From assembly GCA_016840095.1 (NCBI GenBank), contig JAEOSZ010000032.1:1-16680 (forward strand): a DNA stretch of 16,680 nt. The letters are read 5' to 3'. The stretch comes from Candidatus Heimdallarchaeota archaeon. GTDB lineage: Archaea > Asgardarchaeota > Heimdallarchaeia > Heimdallarchaeales > Heimdallarchaeaceae. A program made the position numbers and the translations under genes. The notes beneath the pieces are model-generated. The model worked only from the letters and a program-made list of their open reading frames with translations, did not search any database and was not told where the DNA came from. Below are positions 14,157-16,680 of the stretch, piece by piece. The stretch's first letter is position 1. Each line of letters opens with the position of its first letter.

Positions 14157-15251
14157 TTGAAGAAAACTACTATTGGAGATTATGTTATTGAACAATTTAC
14201 TATAGAAGAAGCTAATTTTGAGGAATTCTCAAAGTTAATTACTCAAGCCTTCCTAACTGATGAAACTGCACTAATAGAAGGTGCTTCTATAGCATTTTCA
14301 GAAGATACATTCAATATTATGTATGGTGCACCTTCAATTGACAAAGATACTTTTATTCGAGCTATACACAAACCAACAGGAAAATTGGTTGGATTTTTAG
14401 GTGCAATTCCACGCAATCTTTCAATTGAGGGAAAAGTATACAAGTTTTCCGTTCCTTCTTGGTTAAGTGTTCATTCAGAACACCAGAAAAAAGGATTGGC
14501 TAAAGCTATGGGGAGTAAGCTTTTTGAAGTGGGTATAGAGAAGGGGTATGATGGAGGATTTTCTCTTCATGAACCAGAACAACACGGAATTGATGTTTCA
14601 GCAGCTGTAGCTCGAGATAGAAATATTAAGTTCCAGAGAGTTGTAACTCTGACCAAATTTGTAATCAAAGCATTTGATGTAGATAAAGTATCAACAGTTG
14701 TAAGATTGAGATGGTATGAAAAATTAGTTTTCAGATTATTTCAAAAAGTTAAAACGATAAAATCAGACAAAATCAGAAGCTTCAAAGAGGAAGATATTCC
14801 TGAAATGTTCAAAATAATTCAAGAACAAGTTGAGAGAAATCAGATATCTATTGTTCCAGAAATGGAAGATTTCAAATGGATGCTTAAAAATCCTAAAGTA
14901 AATTGTGTGGTTCATGAAGATGATGAAGGTAAAGTTAAAGGATTTATGCTTGCATGGGAGTTCATTCTAGCTGGAATGGGAAACCAGATACCTTATGGAT
15001 GGTTTGATATGATTCATATTCACAGATTAACCAATAAAGAAGCAGGCAAACTAGCATATTATCTCTGTCAAACCTCAGAAGAACGAGGTTGGTATGGTCT
15101 TCAAACCCCATATATACCCTATTTCGACATGAAAGCATTGAAAAAGGCAAGATTCTTCTTTTTTGGAAAAAAAATCAATCTAGATATTTTTAACTTAACT
15201 AATGTAGAAATTCCTGAAAATGTTGACTCATTCTATTTCGATTGGAGATAA
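14157..15251 (+). CDS. Tandem-GNAT acyltransferase, N-myristoyltransferase (NMT)-like
   Basis: GNAT motif A [17 protein letters not shown] preceded by [15 protein letters not shown]. A second GNAT-like repeat begins at [13 protein letters not shown]...[10 protein letters not shown]. TTG start with a good RBS. The GNAT call is strong; the NMT relationship is a by-eye alignment. Confidence 0.85.
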   Translation: [364 protein letters not shown]

Positions 15252-15302
15252 AATTTAAAGAAGCAAACACAAAAATTCTTTAATCTTCATTTTTTTGTCA
15301 AT

Positions 15303-15875
15303 TTGACTAACATGGATTCAGCAGGACCTCTAATCAAGGAATTGAAAATCGCGAATATTAATTTTCTAATGTCATTAAAAAATCTTGAACCTAAATTTGC
15401 AACTAAACAAATTCAAAAGGATACAAATCACATTGCTTGGATAGTTGGACATTGCGTTTCACATATGGATAGCTATCTATCATATCATACTGGAAAAAGG
15501 AATTTTTCTCAAGAAGAAAGAGATTACTATGCTTATGGTGTTTCAAAAGATCAGATTATCGAATATCCGTATTCTTTTCGAGATTTAATTGATATGTATT
15601 TGGAAATTTCTAGTGAGTATATACAAATTCTTGAAGGACTCCCTACAGAGAAGTTTCAGCAAATACCATCTGAAGAACAAAAAGAAGTCCTCTCAGATCT
15701 AATTCATAGAATATCCCTACACATTATGGGACATACAGGACAAATAGTCTTACTAAGAAGAATGTTTGATAACCCCTATTGGGGTTTCGTTGGGGGAGTT
15801 TCAGAAAAACAAAGGGATGAATTACGAAAAGAATGGTTAGTTTGGTGGAAGGAAAACAAGTCAGAATTTCCTTAA
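15303..15875 (+). CDS. DinB/YfiT superfamily protein
   Basis: NHIAWIVGH and LHIMGHTGQIVLLRR give the three-His metal site of the DinB four-helix bundle. The start is TTG 15303 or ATG 15312. Confidence 0.88.
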   Translation: MTNMDSAGPLIKELKIANINFLMSLKNLEPKFATKQIQKDTNHIAWIVGHCVSHMDSYLSYHTGKRNFSQEERDYYAYGVSKDQIIEYPYSFRDLIDMYLEISSEYIQILEGLPTEKFQQIPSEEQKEVLSDLIHRISLHIMGHTGQIVLLRRMFDNPYWGFVGGVSEKQRDELRKEWLVWWKENKSEFP

Positions 15876-16680
15876 ACTTCTGGCCATTTCAGAGTTTTTC
15901 TGAGGTTGATAAATCTTTTCAAACCTTTTGGATTTACTTCATCAATTGAAGCATATTGAACTCCTAAAGAATCGAGAAGTTGATTGAATTTTTCTAGTCT
16001 TAAAAGAAAAGACTCATAATCTTTGTTTTCTTCATGAGACCAAGCAGTTTCAGCTACTGCTACAAGTCTAGGAAACACCTGCCAATCAAATCTTTCTCTA
16101 TTAGGTACCCATTCAGTCCAAATAGGTGCCTCTATTCCAACTATTTGTTCATGATATTCATCTTTTAGACCTTTTGGAATTGGATCAAAATGATAGGTTT
16201 TTCTTAAAGGTGTCATATAATAATTATAATCCAAATAATAATTAAAAAAGTTTGAAATAACAATTTCACCACCTTTCTTTAAATGTTTAAAAACACGCTT
16301 TTTTCCAGTAGGGGACCAATATTGACTGATTATGTCTTTGTCTGTGTCTCTTCCTAGAATTTCATCCCATCCAATTGTTCTCCTTCCCTTAGTTTTTAAG
16401 TAACTGTTAATTCGTTGAGTTAGATAAGTATGCAATTCCTCATAATTTTCTAATCCTTCTTCTTCCATTTTTTTACTACAATCAGAACATTTCTTCCAAT
16501 TTTTCTTGGGAACTTCATCTCCTCCAATATGAATAATCTCTGATGGAAAGATGGAAAGTACTTCATCTAGAACAGTTTCTAAAAATTCGTATGTATATTC
16601 TTTTCCTGGACAGAAGACATCAGAGAAGATTCCAAATTTTATAGGAACCTCGATATGTTCATTTTTACAGCTAACTTCAG
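15872..16680 (-). CDS. Beta-N-acetylhexosaminidase, glycoside hydrolase family 20 (5' end outside the window)
   Basis: The frame stays open beyond the track start (16468) to the window edge: EVSCKNEHIEVPIKFGIFSDVFCPGKEYTYEFLETVLDEVLSIFPSEIIHIGGDEVPK. Catalytic HIGGDE lies at 16514-16531; GWDEI, YLDY, GIEAPIWTE and FPRLVAVAETAWS are also present. Confidence 0.95.
   Translation of the reverse strand, partial: EVSCKNEHIEVPIKFGIFSDVFCPGKEYTYEFLETVLDEVLSIFPSEIIHIGGDEVPKKNWKKCSDCSKKMEEEGLENYEELHTYLTQRINSYLKTKGRRTIGWDEILGRDTDKDIISQYWSPTGKKRVFKHLKKGGEIVISNFFNYYLDYNYYMTPLRKTYHFDPIPKGLKDEYHEQIVGIEAPIWTEWVPNRERFDWQVFPRLVAVAETAWSHEENKDYESFLLRLEKFNQLLDSLGVQYASIDEVNPKGLKRFINLRKTLKWPEV

Noticed and set aside
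313-15150. Short ORFs in the track (313..534, 2602..2859, 3247..3498, 4063..4263, 8312..8584, 9414..9689, 9973..10170, 10107..10319, 14243..14443, 14962..15150)
   Set aside because: All lie antisense within well-supported genes and show no recognisable motifs; they are typical shadow ORFs.
1-16680. CRISPR arrays, tRNA/rRNA genes, IS elements, long tandem repeats
   Set aside because: Intergenic spaces are short (at most about 230 bp) and AT-rich, with no GC-rich structured segments or regularly spaced repeats visible by eye.

Overview
AT-rich, densely coding window with 15 complete or near-complete protein genes plus a 5' gene fragment at the left edge. No rRNA, tRNA, CRISPR array or mobile element was recognised. 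Gene order: partial CDS, DegV/FakB-like lipid-binding protein, two alpha/beta hydrolases, class-III PLP aminotransferase (DgdA-like), Cys-rich DUF6144/V4R-like protein, aldo/keto reductase, membrane-anchored DUF362 protein, GNAT, class I SAM methyltransferase, M20A (ArgE/DapE-like) amidohydrolase, orphan multi-TM sensor histidine kinase, membrane-anchored M28 glutaminyl-cyclase-like enzyme, tandem-GNAT protein, DinB-family protein and a GH20 hexosaminidase running off the right edge. TATA-like boxes about 20-30 nt upstream of most starts and GGTGA-type ribosome-binding sites point to an archaeal genome; an Asgard/Heimdallarchaeia-like source is an inference and cannot be proven from this window. 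The top observation is that the 364-aa protein at 14157..15251 aligns by eye, over its full length and through to its C-terminus, with eukaryotic N-myristoyltransferase (NMT). It sits head-to-head with a type II glutaminyl-cyclase-like gene, so two candidate protein N-terminus-modifying enzymes share one divergent promoter region containing a palindrome. All family calls come from motif recognition by eye; no database search was run.
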